From contig BA000048.1 of assembly GCA_000270325.1 (NCBI GenBank), positions 515,709 to 579,708 of the forward strand: a stretch of 64,000 nucleotides of DNA, written 5' to 3'. Source of the stretch: Candidatus Caldarchaeum subterraneum (GTDB taxonomy: Archaea > Thermoproteota > Nitrososphaeria_A > Caldarchaeales > Caldarchaeaceae). Of this stretch, positions 37,623 to 46,116 are shown one piece after another; within the stretch, counting starts at the first letter, position 1; every line of letters begins with the position of its first letter. The notes beneath the pieces are model-generated. The model did no database searches. It was given only the letters and a program-made list of their open reading frames with translations, and was not told where the DNA came from. The position numbers and the translations under genes were made by a program.

Positions 37623-37925
37623 TTAAGTTTGTTGTTTGGTGGGGTGTGAGTAGGTGACTTGGTCTACGCTGTGGACCGCTGCGCCGAGTTGTTTGACGGT
37701 GTTGGCGATTTGCTCGAAGTTGATGTTGTTGCCTTCGACGGTTAGCTTGACTGTTTCGGTGTCGGCGTCTACCTCGATGATGGATACCTCCACTTTCGTC
37801 ACACCCCTGAGCCCTGTCAAAGCCTGAGCAAACTCGACCATACCCGGTTTATGGGGTTTCAGCACATCCAGGACCAGCCGGGTCAGGACCAGCTCATGTT
37901 TATCAGGCATTTTACGTGTATTCAC
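37623..37925 (-). CDS. DUF211-family small archaeal protein
   Basis: RLVLDVLKPHKPGMVEFAQAL...ETVKLTVEGNNINFEQI...HSVDQV resembles the conserved ~95-aa DUF211 pattern (from memory). Confidence 0.55.
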   Translation of the reverse strand: MNTRKMPDKHELVLTRLVLDVLKPHKPGMVEFAQALTGLRGVTKVEVSIIEVDADTETVKLTVEGNNINFEQIANTVKQLGAAVHSVDQVTYSHPTKQQT

Positions 37926-38145
37926 CCGTCTGGGTAAATGGTTGTTGAGCTGGCTTTTTTATGTTGATTTGTTACCTTTAAATAGACTTCTCAAACCCTG
38001 CAAAACCTATGCAGAATTTATTTATAAACGGGTGTAAAAACTTTCCAGACGTGATGAGAGCGGGTATTTCTGACCGGTGATGACAATACCCGTTCTGAAT
38101 AATACTTGTATTTGGGGTAGGATTTTATAGTAATAATTTTGGTGT

Positions 38146-39624
38146 TTGCGCAGGTTGAGAATCGTTGTTGTAGGCGCCGGAGTGGGTGGTCTAGCGGCCG
38201 CCGCTCTGCTGGCGAGAGAAGGTCACGAGGTGACGGTTGCCGAGAAAAACAATAACGTCGGTGGAAGAGCAGGAGTGCTTAGCCGAGATGGGTTTACCTT
38301 CGACATGGGCCCCACATGGTATCTTATGCCGGAGATATTTGACCGCTTCTACAGCCACTTCGGCAAAAAAACCTCCGATTTTTACAATCTTCTGAAGCTT
38401 GACCCCGGGTACCGTGTCTTCTTTGACGACGGGGTCAAAGTGGATATATCGGCTGAGCTTGAGGAGAACATCCGTCTATTCGACGGGCTCGAGCCCAACG
38501 GAGGTGAGAAGCTGCGCAGATTTCTCGCAAAATGCGAAGAACTCTATAACAGCATATCAAAAACCCTATACCTCGACCTCGACTCTCCTTTCAGCTTCCT
38601 CAACCCGGAGATACTTTCCCAAGGAATCAAAATAAACATCTTCGAATCTGTCGAATCCTATGTAAAAAAATGGTTCCAATCAGACAAGGCCCGTAAACTG
38701 CTTCTCTACTCAATCGGGTTCATCGGTACACCGCCCTCCAAAGCACCCGCGTTCTACGCCATACTTAACTACGTCAAACTTGTCCAAGGCGTCTACATGC
38801 CTGAGCATGGTATCAGACAGGTTGTCGACACGTTGTACGGGTTGGCGAAGCAGGAGAATGTAGAGTTTCTCCTCGGACATGAGGTAAGTAAAATCGAGGT
38901 AACAAACTCGAAAGCCGAACGTGTCTACTTGAACGATTCTTCGATGAAGGTGGACGCCGTCGTCGTCAACGCCGACTATGCATTTTTCGAGACGAGGGTT
39001 CTCGAGCCACGTTACCGCACCTACGACGTCGACTACTGGAGCAAACGCATGTTCACACCATCAGCTCTCATCGCATACTTAGGATTAGACAAAAAAGTTG
39101 AAAATATTATTCCGCACAACGTTTTCCTCGAAAAAGACTGGGGTGAAAACTTTTACCAAATATTCGACCCACGTTACGCGAAATGGCCCGAATACGCCTC
39201 CTATTATGTGCATGTTCCCTCGAAGATAGATAAAACAGCAGCACCACCGGGGGGAGAAGCGGTCTTCATATTAATACCGGTCGCAAACGGCATAGAAGAC
39301 GATGACAAAAAACGCGAAACACTCTTCAACAACGTTCTCCGCGACCTCGAGCAGAAAACCGGGGAAAACATCCACGAAAACATCGTATTCAAACAATTGT
39401 TCAGCATAAGAGATTTTTCAGCACGCTACCACGCATACCGTGGCTCGGCGCTTGGTCTCGCCCACACACTTGGACAAACAGCTTTCTGGAGACCTGTGCA
39501 CAGAAGCAAAAAGGTCAAAAACCTCTACTACACCGGTCAGTATACTCATCCAGGAATAGGTGTGCCGATGGTGTTGATATCCGCGGAGATTATCCGTAAC
39601 AAGCTGCGAAAGGAGTTGATGTAG
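38146..39624 (+). CDS. crtI: Phytoene desaturase (CrtI family)
   Basis: N-terminal FAD fold IVVVGAGVGGLAAAALLAREGHEVTVAEKNNNVGGRA; about 490 aa; followed by phytoene synthase. Confidence 0.8.
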   Translation: MRRLRIVVVGAGVGGLAAAALLAREGHEVTVAEKNNNVGGRAGVLSRDGFTFDMGPTWYLMPEIFDRFYSHFGKKTSDFYNLLKLDPGYRVFFDDGVKVDISAELEENIRLFDGLEPNGGEKLRRFLAKCEELYNSISKTLYLDLDSPFSFLNPEILSQGIKINIFESVESYVKKWFQSDKARKLLLYSIGFIGTPPSKAPAFYAILNYVKLVQGVYMPEHGIRQVVDTLYGLAKQENVEFLLGHEVSKIEVTNSKAERVYLNDSSMKVDAVVVNADYAFFETRVLEPRYRTYDVDYWSKRMFTPSALIAYLGLDKKVENIIPHNVFLEKDWGENFYQIFDPRYAKWPEYASYYVHVPSKIDKTAAPPGGEAVFILIPVANGIEDDDKKRETLFNNVLRDLEQKTGENIHENIVFKQLFSIRDFSARYHAYRGSALGLAHTLGQTAFWRPVHRSKKVKNLYYTGQYTHPGIGVPMVLISAEIIRNKLRKELM

Positions 39625-40509
39625 ATGCTTATTCCAAAGCCTCCGCGTGTGCAGAAAACCTTGTTCAACCTATTCCACAAGGGAAGCACAACATACTTTA
39701 ACAGCACCCTCTTCTTCCCCGACAACGTCAAAAAAGACGTGTTCAAACTCTATGCATTCCTACGTAAAGCAGACAATTACGTAGACCTCATTCCACAGGA
39801 TGTGGAAGGATTCTACGCGTTCAAAGAAGAATATGAGCGAGCCGCATCCGGGTATCAATCGTCTGACATTGTCATCAACGAGTTTGTAGAACTCTCCAAC
39901 AGGAAGAAATTTGAGCAGGAATGGATAACCGCCTTCCTCGACGCGATGGAGTCGGACCTCTACCGCAAAACATACTATACACTCGACGAGCTCTGCGTCT
40001 ACATGTATGGCTCCGCCGAGGTCGTCGGCCTATTTATGGCCAAGATTCTTGATTTGCCTGAGGAGTCCTATATCTACGCAAGGTTTCTCGGTCGGGCGAT
40101 GCAGTACATCAACTTCATTAGAGACATTCGGGAGGATTATGAGCTGGGTCGCCAGTATCTACCCTACGAGGAGATGCGTATGCATGGAATTGAAGATTTT
40201 GAGCCGGCGCGTTTCTGCGGAAAACACGAAAGCTTCGCACGGTTCATTCGGTTGCAAATTGAGCGTTACCTCGAGTGGCAGCGGTTTGCTGAGCAGGGCT
40301 ACAAATACATACCGTACCGCTATTTGATACCTATTAAGACGGCGGCGGACATGTACAAGTGGACGGCTAAAATAATTCACAGACATCCGTCGATAGTTTT
40401 TATGCGTAAGGTGAAGCCGAGAAAGCGTAGGGTAGTTTACGGGGCCAACGTCAACTTTGTATTGGCTCTTCGACACAAAATTTTTACCGGGGGGCTGGTA
40501 TGGCCCTAG
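39625..40509 (+). CDS. crtB: Phytoene synthase (squalene/phytoene synthase family)
   Basis: KLYAFLRKADNYVD and YMYGSAEVVG regions typical of CrtB; abuts crtI and overlaps the next gene. Confidence 0.75.
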   Translation: MLIPKPPRVQKTLFNLFHKGSTTYFNSTLFFPDNVKKDVFKLYAFLRKADNYVDLIPQDVEGFYAFKEEYERAASGYQSSDIVINEFVELSNRKKFEQEWITAFLDAMESDLYRKTYYTLDELCVYMYGSAEVVGLFMAKILDLPEESYIYARFLGRAMQYINFIRDIREDYELGRQYLPYEEMRMHGIEDFEPARFCGKHESFARFIRLQIERYLEWQRFAEQGYKYIPYRYLIPIKTAADMYKWTAKIIHRHPSIVFMRKVKPRKRRVVYGANVNFVLALRHKIFTGGLVWP

Positions 40510-41366
40510 AAGCTGTCCAGAAAGTGCTTAAGGTCTCACGCTTTCGTTTCTGGATTTATGTGGCAGGTCCATACGTAGTCGGCTACACACTCGGCGCCAC
40601 AGGATTCAGCGACTTTCTCCGACCCGAGTACTACATCTATCTGATCTATTTCTTCATCCCCGCTAACATATTGGTCTACGGTGTTAATGACTATTTTGAT
40701 GTTGAGACGGATGCGTTGAATCCGAAGAAGAGTTCGAAGGAGCTGCGAATTGTTGGCAGAGATAGGGTTAGGCTGCGGAGGCTGCTTCTCGGTGTGCTTG
40801 GTATAAGCTTTGCATTAATGCTTTTCCAGGATAATGTGGCGCGTATCCTGTTCGGTGGATTTCTGTTTCTCTCGATTTTCTACAGCGCGCCTCCGTTGCG
40901 TTTCAAGAGTAAACCCTTCCTCGACTTCGCCTCGAACTATCTCTACATCATGCCGGGGGTCTTCGGCCACTACATCGCCTCAGGCAGCCTTCCCGATACA
41001 CTCATACTTCTGGCAGGGTTTCTACACATATCCGCTATGCACATCTTCTCAGCAGTTCCCGATATAGAGTTCGACCTAGCAGCAGGAATCAAAACAACCC
41101 CGGTTGTCATCGGCAGAAAAAACGCGCTAATACTGGTGACAGTTTTCTGGGCAGGCCTTGCATATTTAGCAATCATGCTAACGGGATTTCATCCTCTAAG
41201 CTTTTTGGCACTAATCTACCCCATGGTGCCGCTGTCTGTTCTGGTTTTCGGACGCGACATAAACCGTGTCTACTGGTCTCTTCCATACATCAACACATCT
41301 TTGGGCGGGCTTCTCTGGCTAGGACTCGTCAACCACAAGATCATCCCGTTTTTCCCGAATTTTTAG
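40500..41366 (+). CDS. UbiA-family prenyltransferase, possibly a carotenoid (lycopene) elongase
   Basis: NDYFDVETD (NDxxDxxxD) and DIEFD Asp-rich motifs, polytopic membrane protein, translationally coupled to crtB. Confidence 0.6.
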   Translation: MALEAVQKVLKVSRFRFWIYVAGPYVVGYTLGATGFSDFLRPEYYIYLIYFFIPANILVYGVNDYFDVETDALNPKKSSKELRIVGRDRVRLRRLLLGVLGISFALMLFQDNVARILFGGFLFLSIFYSAPPLRFKSKPFLDFASNYLYIMPGVFGHYIASGSLPDTLILLAGFLHISAMHIFSAVPDIEFDLAAGIKTTPVVIGRKNALILVTVFWAGLAYLAIMLTGFHPLSFLALIYPMVPLSVLVFGRDINRVYWSLPYINTSLGGLLWLGLVNHKIIPFFPNF

Positions 41367-41375
41367 AGAACCGTT

Positions 41376-41903
41376 ATGCAGATTTTTAGGCCATATGTTG
41401 ATTGGGCTAGGTCGGCCGCGGTTCTCGACGACCTGCGTCTAGGCAAACAGCGTGTAGAGTCCAAGCAGGTTCTGAACGTTTTTCTACGGAAGGCCGGTAT
41501 TCTCAGAGATGGGTTGCGCGGCTGGCTTAACCATCCGATTGTTCTACTTTACTACAACGACGGCAGGCCCTATGTCGACGACGTGGTGGGAATGTTCATC
41601 GCTTGTGTCAAAGAATGGGTGAGACGGGGAAAACAAAACAGCATAAACCTCGATGACATAAAGCATCTCCTCGACCAGCTAGAGAAAACACCCGGCACGC
41701 CTATTACCCATCTCCACGAAATAGAGTATCGGCGAATTCTTCTACTAAAAAACCCCAGCCATTACATCAAAACCTTCACAGAGGAGGAGGTTAGAGAGGT
41801 GTTGGAGACCGAGCCCGTGAAAATAAGCGGCATAAACTCTTGGTTATTTGATGACATGCGGCGTTACAGGCGGCTTTTGAAGAAAATTAGGGCGAGGCTA
41901 TAG
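41376..41903 (+). CDS. Hypothetical protein; weak resemblance to the pyrimidine-dimer DNA glycosylase (UV endonuclease) family
   Basis: N-terminus MQIFRPYVDWARSAAVLDDLRLGKQRVESKQVL...GWLNHPIV recalls the MxIWRxHP...WRE...NHP pattern; unverified. Confidence 0.3.
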   Translation: MQIFRPYVDWARSAAVLDDLRLGKQRVESKQVLNVFLRKAGILRDGLRGWLNHPIVLLYYNDGRPYVDDVVGMFIACVKEWVRRGKQNSINLDDIKHLLDQLEKTPGTPITHLHEIEYRRILLLKNPSHYIKTFTEEEVREVLETEPVKISGINSWLFDDMRRYRRLLKKIRARL

Positions 41904-42386
41904 CTTGTATCCTATTTTTCTGAGGAATTGTTTGCGGGCCTCGATGTGCTGCTCGGTTTCTATGCCTTTTGGCTTGTGGCCGTCGACTACTCCGAGGACG
42001 CCGCGGCCCTGCTCTGTCTCGGCGACTATTATCTGGAGGGGGTTAGCTGTGGCGGCGAGGATTGTGCATACCTCGGGCACGTCCTTGAGCCGCTGCATGA
42101 TGTTGATGGGGTAGAATCCCTTGATGAAGAGGATGAAGGTGTGGCCGCATCCTATCCTGAGCATGGTTTCGGCGGCGTGTTTCCGCAGCTCCGGGTCAGT
42201 TCCCTCATGGCGGACGAGGCATTCGCCGCTCGCCTCCATGAAAGCGAGGCCAAATTTAGCCCCCGGAACCGTGTTGACAACCGCCTCGTAAATGTCTTCG
42301 ACGGTTTTGATGAAGTGGGAGACGCCGAAGACCACGTTGCAGCCCTCAGGAATCTCGACACCAACAACCTCTATCTTAACGCTCAC
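41898..42386 (-). CDS. Adenosine-specific kinase family protein (COG1839-like)
   Basis: FGVSHFIKTVEDIYEAV, GECLVRHEG, PINIMQRLKDVPEV, GRGVLGVVDG match remembered family pattern. Confidence 0.5.
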   Translation of the reverse strand: MSVKIEVVGVEIPEGCNVVFGVSHFIKTVEDIYEAVVNTVPGAKFGLAFMEASGECLVRHEGTDPELRKHAAETMLRIGCGHTFILFIKGFYPINIMQRLKDVPEVCTILAATANPLQIIVAETEQGRGVLGVVDGHKPKGIETEQHIEARKQFLRKIGYKL

Positions 42387-42418
42387 AACACTCGTTGTCG
42401 CGGCTTGCTTATGTGTTT

Positions 42419-43483
42419 TTAGAGGGTTCTTTCGACGAGGAATGTTGCGAGTTTTTTGAGCTTTGTCTTGGCTGGTGTGTCGGCGAGAAGAGGCTCAACC
42501 CTGCTCCATGCCATGTGAACGCTTCGCCGCATAACCTCCCGAGCATATTTGTCTGCGCCCGATTCTCTGATGAGGTTGATTGCTTCTTTGAGCTCTTGTT
42601 TGTCGGATGTGTGGCTGTGAAGTATCTGTCTGAGTCTTTTCGCTTTTTCGGATGAGAGATGTGTCAGGGCATACACCGTCATAAGGGTGTATTTGCCCTC
42701 GGTTATGTCGCCGCCTATCTCCTTCCCGTATCTCGCCTCGTCGCCGAAGATGTTGAGATAGTCGTCCTGTATCTGGAAAGCTGTTCCAACAGCTTCACCG
42801 AAGCGGCCAAGCTCCTCGAGAAGGTCTCCGCGTCCGGCGTATATGGCTGCAAGCTCGACGGCGAACCTTGACAAAGCACCTGTCTTGAAAGCAGCCATCT
42901 GGAGATAATGCTCCTCGGTGATGTCTGTTACGAGTCCTCGGTGCCATACGATGTCCATGGTTTGGCCGAGGCTGAGCCTTGTCATCGTCTCGACATATTT
43001 CTCGAGAAAGAGTGTGGCCATGTTTTTGGGCAGCTTTTTCGCGGCTAAGTATGCCGGGATGTAGTAGTAGGCGTTGCCTGCGTTGATGGCGATGTCTATG
43101 CCGTAGATGCGGTGGATGCATGGCTCTCCTCTTCTCATGAGGCTTCCGTCCTCTACGTCGTCGACTATCAAGGTGGCGTTGTGGATGATTTCGGGAACAG
43201 CGGCCAAGATGTAGATGCCAGGGTCTCCGCCGCCCAGAGCCTCATAAACTATCACCGTCAAAGCCGGCCGCCATCTCTTGCCTCCTCTCCTGAAAAGCTC
43301 CCAAAACGGTTTAGCCAGCCCCTCGGTAAATGACTCGGGGCTGTAGCGGTAAACAGGCTCACCAAACTCCTTCACGAGAAAACCTGTGTCAAACATTCTG
43401 GGTGTGAGCTTTTCAACAGCCTTCTCCACAGGCTCCACATATTCGGAGAGAATTGACAGAACCTCGTCCTCTAAGCTCATCAC
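42419..43483 (-). CDS. Geranylgeranyl diphosphate synthase (polyprenyl synthase family)
   Basis: First and second Asp-rich motifs LIVDDVEDGSLMRRG and FQIQDDYLNIFGD. Confidence 0.8.
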   Translation of the reverse strand: MMSLEDEVLSILSEYVEPVEKAVEKLTPRMFDTGFLVKEFGEPVYRYSPESFTEGLAKPFWELFRRGGKRWRPALTVIVYEALGGGDPGIYILAAVPEIIHNATLIVDDVEDGSLMRRGEPCIHRIYGIDIAINAGNAYYYIPAYLAAKKLPKNMATLFLEKYVETMTRLSLGQTMDIVWHRGLVTDITEEHYLQMAAFKTGALSRFAVELAAIYAGRGDLLEELGRFGEAVGTAFQIQDDYLNIFGDEARYGKEIGGDITEGKYTLMTVYALTHLSSEKAKRLRQILHSHTSDKQELKEAINLIRESGADKYAREVMRRSVHMAWSRVEPLLADTPAKTKLKKLATFLVERTL

Positions 43484-43518
43484 AGTGACACGGTTTGCGG
43501 AGAATTTAACGGCTCCCG

Positions 43519-44292
43519 CTAAACCTTTACCCCCTGTTTTCTCAGAAAGGCTGAAAGCGCGCTGTAGGATTGTTTGATTTCCTTGTTCGCGCGAAGCTGC
43601 TCGGCGAGGTATTCAAAGTAGGTTCCGGAGAAGTTTGCATATTTTTTGAGATAATTTTCGCTTGAGAGGATTTGGTCTGCGTTCTCGATGTATTTTCGCG
43701 CTTCTTCGCCTGTGACGGGTTTGTAGCCGTCGATGTGGAGAATGTTTTGAAGCGGCCACCGTGGCCTCGGCGGAGGCGTTTCATCTTTTTCACCTATCAA
43801 GAGAAGAATTACGGGAACCACTCCGGTCGGCAGCTTCAGCAGGGCCGATAACCTCTCGCACTCGTATATGCCGCAGTCAAGCAGCAGGCTGCCGTATCCA
43901 AGGGCCTCTGACGCTATGACCATGTTTTCGACAACCAGCCCCAGCTCTAAAACTGACAACAGCGTCTCCGCCGGGTATGTGTCAAGCTTGAGGAAATGCT
44001 CCGGGGAAACGGTTTCCGCGAAAACAGTCAGCTTGTTGAAGTCCAGACATATGAGGAGTACGGCGGAGGCCTGTTTGATGGCCTCCGAGCCGCAGACATC
44101 ATACACGGCTTCAACCAACTGGTCAGACCTAAGCCATATGATTGAATAGGCTTGGAAATAGGATGGAGCCGACTGGCCACTCTCCACGATCATGCCGAGA
44201 ACCTCCTCACTCATCGCCGATTTGCGGAAACGACGAATAGAACGCCGACTAGCCAGAAGCCCTAAAACACTCTGCTCAACCCTTCTCTTCAA
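43519..44292 (-). CDS. Nitroreductase-family protein
   Basis: RRSIRRFRK N-terminal FMN-binding motif; about 250 aa. Confidence 0.55.
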   Translation of the reverse strand: MKRRVEQSVLGLLASRRSIRRFRKSAMSEEVLGMIVESGQSAPSYFQAYSIIWLRSDQLVEAVYDVCGSEAIKQASAVLLICLDFNKLTVFAETVSPEHFLKLDTYPAETLLSVLELGLVVENMVIASEALGYGSLLLDCGIYECERLSALLKLPTGVVPVILLLIGEKDETPPPRPRWPLQNILHIDGYKPVTGEEARKYIENADQILSSENYLKKYANFSGTYFEYLAEQLRANKEIKQSYSALSAFLRKQGVKV

Positions 44293-44328
44293 CAGAAAAT
44301 AAAATGATAAAAAGGGGGTTTTTTGTTT

Positions 44329-45414
44329 TTACGGTAGCTGGGAGACGGGCTTGATTCCCAGCTGCTCCAGTATCTTATCTATTTCTTCACCGTTTTCTTC
44401 GCCGATTCGCTGGTCGACGCTGGTGGGTGTTATCTCGTTGATCTCGACCACTTGCTCGGTTGAGGAGAGGCCGGTGAGTATCAGTGAGACCTGCATCGTG
44501 GAGCTGAAGGTGTCGTCTATCCGCGCACCCCATATCACCAGCCCATCTTCACCCATCAGCTCCGAGATAATCTCCGCCGGCCTCGCCGCTTCCGCCAGCT
44601 GCATGTCCTCCCCTCCGCAGACATGGACTATGGCTCCTGAGAGGTTTTCGTAGGATGCGTCCAGTAGCGGGGACTGGAGAGCGTTAAAGGTGGCTTCCTC
44701 TGCTCTGTTGGGTGTGGAGGAGCGGCCTACTCCAAGTGATGCGAGTTTGCCGCGGCTCACTACTGTTTTGAAGTCTTCGTAGTCGATGTTTATCAACCCG
44801 GGTTTTGCGATGGACTCTGTTATGCTCTGTATCATGTTGCTGATGATTTCGTCGGCGAGGCTGAAGGCTCTTCGCAGGTTGTGCTGTGGATAGAGGTCGA
44901 GGAGCTTGTTGTTATCAACTACAACCGATGTGTTGGTGTAGTTTTTCAGCTCCTCGAGTCCCGCTTGTGCAATTCTTTTCCTCACCATGCCCTCGAATTC
45001 GAATGGGAGAGAGACGACGCCGACAACCGTCGCGCCTTCTTCACGTGCTACGCGCGCTACGACCGGTGCTGCTCCTGTTCCCGTTCCTCCTCCAAGACCC
45101 GCGGCGAGGAAGACGATGTCCGCTCCTTCAAGGGCCCTGCGTATCTCCTCCTCAGATTCTTCGGCGGCTTTTCTTCCACGGACTGGGTCGCCTCCTGCTC
45201 CACGGAGCCGGGTCACCGATTTGCCGAGAAGAATTTTCTTGTCGGCTCTAACCATGTCGAGATGCTGCAGGTCCGTGTTCGCGGCTATGGTGTATACGCC
45301 TGTGAGACCGAGGGCGTTGAGCCTGTTGACGGTGTTGCAGCCGGCTCCGCCTACTCCGATTAGCTTGATTCTTATCTCCTCTGTGGTCTGGACAAAGTCT
45401 TCCACGCTACTCAC
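44329..45414 (-). CDS. ftsZ: FtsZ/tubulin-superfamily GTPase (FtsZ-like)
   Basis: IKLIGVGGAGCNTVNRL and tubulin signature GLGGGTGTGAAPVVA. Confidence 0.8.
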   Translation of the reverse strand: MSSVEDFVQTTEEIRIKLIGVGGAGCNTVNRLNALGLTGVYTIAANTDLQHLDMVRADKKILLGKSVTRLRGAGGDPVRGRKAAEESEEEIRRALEGADIVFLAAGLGGGTGTGAAPVVARVAREEGATVVGVVSLPFEFEGMVRKRIAQAGLEELKNYTNTSVVVDNNKLLDLYPQHNLRRAFSLADEIISNMIQSITESIAKPGLINIDYEDFKTVVSRGKLASLGVGRSSTPNRAEEATFNALQSPLLDASYENLSGAIVHVCGGEDMQLAEAARPAEIISELMGEDGLVIWGARIDDTFSSTMQVSLILTGLSSTEQVVEINEITPTSVDQRIGEENGEEIDKILEQLGIKPVSQLP

Positions 45415-45553
45415 TTATCTGGACCTCCGTGCGGATGAAGTCTCTTAGGGCCATGCGTATGGCCTCGGCTCGGTTGGGATACAGCCTGCGTTTCACCAGC
45501 TCGTCGATGGCTTGTAGATATGGCTCGGGCAGATGCACCGTTACAACCTTCAT
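45407..45553 (-). CDS. Small ribbon-helix-helix (CopG-like) DNA-binding protein immediately upstream of ftsZ
   Basis: MKVVTVHLPEPYLQAIDELVKRRLYPNRAEAIRMALRDFI; start taken at the internal Met of ORF 45407..45715; 8-nt overlap with ftsZ. Confidence 0.55.
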   Translation of the reverse strand: MKVVTVHLPEPYLQAIDELVKRRLYPNRAEAIRMALRDFIRTEVQISE

Positions 45554-45747
45554 TTCCCACCCATCACCTCCATTTGCTCCGTGCTGATGACTGAGGTAGT
45601 TATAACTAAAGGTAATACGCACGTATGTATCAACACGCGTTTCTGAAGCCATTTTTGGCCAACTCATATGCAAAAAGTTACAATTTCTAGAAGTTAGAAA
45701 CCATAAAATAATCATTTGATGAGCATGTTGTCGGACGGCGTATCAAC

Positions 45748-46116
45748 ATGGTTGATGAGATGCATTACGAAGAATTTCGAAAAACACTCGAAAACCTTGT
45801 AGCAGAAGCAGTCGAAGATGTTGTTGTTCTTGTGGAGGGCGCGCGGGATGAGAAGGCGCTCCGCCTCGCTGGTGTTCGTGCAAAAATAGTGTATGTTAGC
45901 AGGTTTCGTGAAGCGGTGGAGATGATGCCGAGGCCGCGTAAAATCATTCTGCTTCTCGATTTTGACAGCGAGGGGATGAAGACTGTGAAGAGAGTTTCTC
46001 GGCTGCTGAGGCAAATGGGTTACGAGGTTGACGAAAGCTATCACAGGCGGCTACGTGTGCTCAAGCGCTTCGGCATCACAACCGTCGAGGCGTTGGCGAA
46101 ACTCCTCGAGGTTTAG
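45748..46116 (+). CDS. Small Toprim-domain protein (COG1658-like)
   Basis: VVLVEGARDEKAL and ILLLDFDSEG resemble Toprim Glu and DxD elements. Confidence 0.5.
   Translation: MVDEMHYEEFRKTLENLVAEAVEDVVVLVEGARDEKALRLAGVRAKIVYVSRFREAVEMMPRPRKIILLLDFDSEGMKTVKRVSRLLRQMGYEVDESYHRRLRVLKRFGITTVEALAKLLEV

Noticed and set aside
44881-45448. Three overlapping + strand ORFs (121-160 aa) across ftsZ
   Set aside because: Antisense to ftsZ; Arg/Pro/Ala-rich translations typical of GC-rich antisense frames.
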